Positions 13,760 to 15,412 of a stretch of DNA of 15,412 nt are shown in pieces; positions within the stretch are counted from its first letter, which is position 1; every line of letters begins with the position of its first letter. The stretch is taken from NCBI GenBank assembly GCA_028275925.1, contig JAPWTS010000044.1, forward strand, positions 1 to 15,412, given 5' to 3'. Source of the stretch: Thermofilales archaeon (lineage in GTDB: Archaea; Thermoproteota; Thermoprotei; Thermofilales; Thermofilaceae). The notes beneath the pieces were generated by a model. That model did not search any database, was not told where the DNA came from, and was given only the letters and a program-made list of their open reading frames with translations. The position numbers were made by a program, and so were the translations under genes.

Positions 13760-14809
13760 GTGCTGTCTAAGCACCCGCTGGATCTCCCTCCGGGCAGGAA
13801 GCTGTCTAGGGAGGAGGTTGCCGACGCGCTGAGGCTTTCCATAATCGCGGAGCTCGACGCCGTGAGCCTCTACCTCCAGCTTGCTCGGGCGATCGAGGAC
13901 GAGCGGATGAGGAGGGTGTTCGAGGACATCGCGCGCGAGGAGAAGACCCACATCGGCGAGTTCCTCGCGGTGCTGAAAAGCCTTGACCCCGAGCAGGTTG
14001 AGGAGCTGAAGGCTGGAGCGAGGGAGGTGGCGGAGCTCACCGGCGTCGCGGTCCCCGACCCGCCTCAAGCCGAGGCCCAAGCCGAGCCGTTGACGGCCGA
14101 AGAGTGGAGCTACCTTCTGAGCCAGTTCAGGTCCGCCGCCGACTCCGCTAGGGTGTTCAGGCGCCACCTCCCGGTCACCCGGGTCGGCAGGGGCGCTTAC
14201 GCGGTTCCTCTCGAGAAGCCGGGAGGTCAGGGCGAGGTTCTACCGCTGAAGGAGCTGGCGGTCAAGTTCCGCTTGAGCCAGCGGGCTATCGACTACGCGA
14301 GAGCGGCGAAGCAGCCGCCGGAGCTCGCGGACGCGCTTAGGGCCGCGGTGGAGCTCGGCTCCAGCGAGGACAGGGTGGTGCTGGAGGCGCTCGCGAACCT
14401 GAAGGAGGCCGTTAGGCTCCCGGCCACGAGCTGGGACGAGCCCGGGGCCGCTTTGAGCGAGATCGCCGCCGCTGTCGCCGAGCTGGTCAAAGCCCAGGCG
14501 ACCCCACCCTTCGTCGCCTTCGTCAGCTCCGGCAGGTACGCGAAGCTGCTCGCGGTGCACGAGAGGACCGGAGTCATGGAGCTGACTAGGGTCAAGGCGC
14601 TGGCCGAAGTGGTCGCGACCCCCTCGCTGCCCGACGACACCGTCTTCGTCGTCTCAGCCACCCCCAGGGTCCTCGACCTCGTGCTCGGCGCCGACACGGA
14701 GGTGGCTTACCTGGGCCCCGAGGACGGCTACCACGCGTTCAGGGCCTGGGAGACGGTAGCCGTGAGGGTCAGGTACGAGCGCGGCGTCGCCGTGCTCAAG
14801 CAGAGGTGA
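13760..14809 (+). CDS. Family-1 encapsulin shell protein with N-terminally fused ferritin-like (Flp) domain (Pyrococcus furiosus PfV-like)
   Basis: The protein is 349 aa with a GTG start. The N-terminal ~100 aa (LRLSIIAELDAVSLY...AREEKTHIGEFLAVLKSLDPEQVEELK) is a ferritin-like domain carrying E and ExxH iron ligands. The rest shows encapsulin/HK97-fold landmarks: HLPVTRVGRG, GRYAKLL...TGVMEL, ATPRVLDLVLGADTEVAYLGPEDG. It is collinear with PfV across the whole length. Confidence 0.88.
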   Translation: MLSKHPLDLPPGRKLSREEVADALRLSIIAELDAVSLYLQLARAIEDERMRRVFEDIAREEKTHIGEFLAVLKSLDPEQVEELKAGAREVAELTGVAVPDPPQAEAQAEPLTAEEWSYLLSQFRSAADSARVFRRHLPVTRVGRGAYAVPLEKPGGQGEVLPLKELAVKFRLSQRAIDYARAAKQPPELADALRAAVELGSSEDRVVLEALANLKEAVRLPATSWDEPGAALSEIAAAVAELVKAQATPPFVAFVSSGRYAKLLAVHERTGVMELTRVKALAEVVATPSLPDDTVFVVSATPRVLDLVLGADTEVAYLGPEDGYHAFRAWETVAVRVRYERGVAVLKQR

Positions 14810-15291
14810 GGGGCGTGGAGGCTGTAGCCCAGGCTCTGCGGAGGCTGGCCGAGGCGGAGCGCAAGTACGCGGAGGAGCTGAGGGGGCTCGCCGAGTCGGT
14901 GAAGTACGCCACGGTGATCGGCGCCGTGATCGAGGCGATCGCCAGCGACTCGGAGAAGCACGCCGGCCTCTACGAGGCGATGCTGAAGATCGTGGTCGGC
15001 TGGCACCAGCCGGGTCTCGTGCGCGAGGACCTGAAGCTCGTGGCCCAGGTCATCGACCGGCACATAGAAACTGAGAGGCGGATGATCGAGGAGACGAGGA
15101 AGCTGCTCGAGGAGGTCGCGGACCCCAGGATGCGACTGCTGCTCGCGGCGATCTACGAGGACGAGGTTAAGCACCACCGCGTGCTCACAGACATCAAGGG
15201 TAAGATCGCGAAAGCGGAAACGCTCTCGGAGGAGGAGTTCTGGGAAGCCGTTTGGAGGGACAGCCCCTGGCACGGTACGCCCGGAGGCTAA
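14806..15291 (+). CDS. stand-alone four-helix-bundle ferritin-like / rubrerythrin-like diiron protein, translationally coupled to the encapsulin
   Basis: The protein is 161 aa. The GTG at 14806 overlaps the encapsulin TGA (aGGTGAgg). Glu-rich helices (AEAERKYAEEL, ETERRMIEET) and the motifs SEKH and EDEVKHH match the E / ExxH ligand pattern of ferritin-like proteins. I see no obvious C-terminal encapsulin-targeting peptide. Confidence 0.7.
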   Translation: MRGVEAVAQALRRLAEAERKYAEELRGLAESVKYATVIGAVIEAIASDSEKHAGLYEAMLKIVVGWHQPGLVREDLKLVAQVIDRHIETERRMIEETRKLLEEVADPRMRLLLAAIYEDEVKHHRVLTDIKGKIAKAETLSEEEFWEAVWRDSPWHGTPGG

Positions 15292-15308
15292 CGCGCTAAA
15301 CCAACCTT

Positions 15309-15327
15309 ACCTCTTTTTACTTTCTGT
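15309..15327 (+). terminator. oligo-T terminator (cctctttttactttctg) after the encapsulin operon
   Basis: A T5 run and a T3 run lie 18-35 nt after the stop at 15291. This is typical archaeal intrinsic termination. Confidence 0.4.
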
Positions 15328-15332
15328 CGCGC

Positions 15333-15412
15333 TCAGTTCCCTCGCTGAGAGAGCAGCACGGCGATCTCGGCGAGCACTTCCTCTTCTCCCTTCCCGCTTT
15401 CGACCAGCTGGT
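15333..15412 (-). CDS. C-terminal fragment (~26 codons) of a convergent minus-strand gene entering from the right edge
   Basis: The minus frame reads QLVESGKGEEEVLAEIAVLLSQRGN, with a stop at 15335-15333 and good GC3. It is too short to assign a product. Confidence 0.3.
   Translation of the reverse strand, partial: QLVESGKGEEEVLAEIAVLLSQRGN

Noticed and set aside
13071-14697. ORFs 13071..13412(+), 13332..13574(-), 13724..14167(-), 14240..14560(-), 14293..14697(-), 14728..15273(-)
   Set aside because: They are antisense or alternate-frame to the nucleotidyltransferase, encapsulin and ferritin-like genes. The true frames are fixed by strong motif evidence.

Overview
This is a GC-rich (~67% GC) archaeal window packed with genes. 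The short intergenic spacers are AT-rich and carry TTTATA/TTAAATA-type TATA boxes about 20-30 nt upstream of the start codons, which are often GTG or TTG, so most transcripts look leaderless. I saw no Shine-Dalgarno-dominated bacterial architecture, and no rRNA, tRNA or CRISPR array. The gene content points to a hyperthermophilic archaeon, probably Thermoproteota/Crenarchaeota-like.

I call 15 protein-coding genes with reasonable support. On the minus strand, from 328 to 5046:
- a Cys-rich metal-binding DUF2284-like protein
- a membrane-anchored SppA (S49) signal-peptide peptidase carrying an unusual roughly 270-aa C-terminal GldG/DUF4350-like domain
- a single-cysteine FAD/NAD(P) disulfide oxidoreductase of the NADH oxidase / CoA-disulfide reductase family
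- a 135-aa hypothetical protein
- a QueT/ECF-S-like small membrane protein

On the plus strand, from 5134 to 6873, is a 580-aa polytopic membrane protein with a large extracytoplasmic domain rich in N-glycosylation sequons.

Next, from 6948 to 10317, come:
- a single-cluster ferredoxin (minus strand)
- a conserved hypothetical protein overlapping its 3' end (minus strand)
- an archaeal AAA+ ATPase of the PF01637 type with a C-terminal DUF234 nuclease-like domain (plus strand)
- a thioredoxin-type ArsC / low-molecular-weight-phosphatase-fold protein, convergent on the ATPase with only a 5-bp gap (minus strand)
- a 138-aa retropepsin-like protein whose catalytic Asp is replaced by Asn (minus strand)

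On the minus strand, from 10558 to 13564, is a tandem, overlapping pair of paralogues, each fusing a nucleotidyltransferase-fold domain to a membrane domain. They resemble the IPCT/DIPPS enzymes of di-myo-inositol-phosphate biosynthesis but show reciprocal motif degeneration.

Divergent from that pair, on the plus strand from 13760 to 15291, is a PfV-like encapsulin with an N-terminally fused ferritin-like (Flp) domain. It is translationally coupled through a GTGA overlap to a second, stand-alone four-helix ferritin-like protein.

The two most interesting loci are the encapsulin nanocompartment module and the tandem IPCT/DIPPS-like pair. Every family assignment here comes from reading motifs by eye and needs an HMM or structure check.
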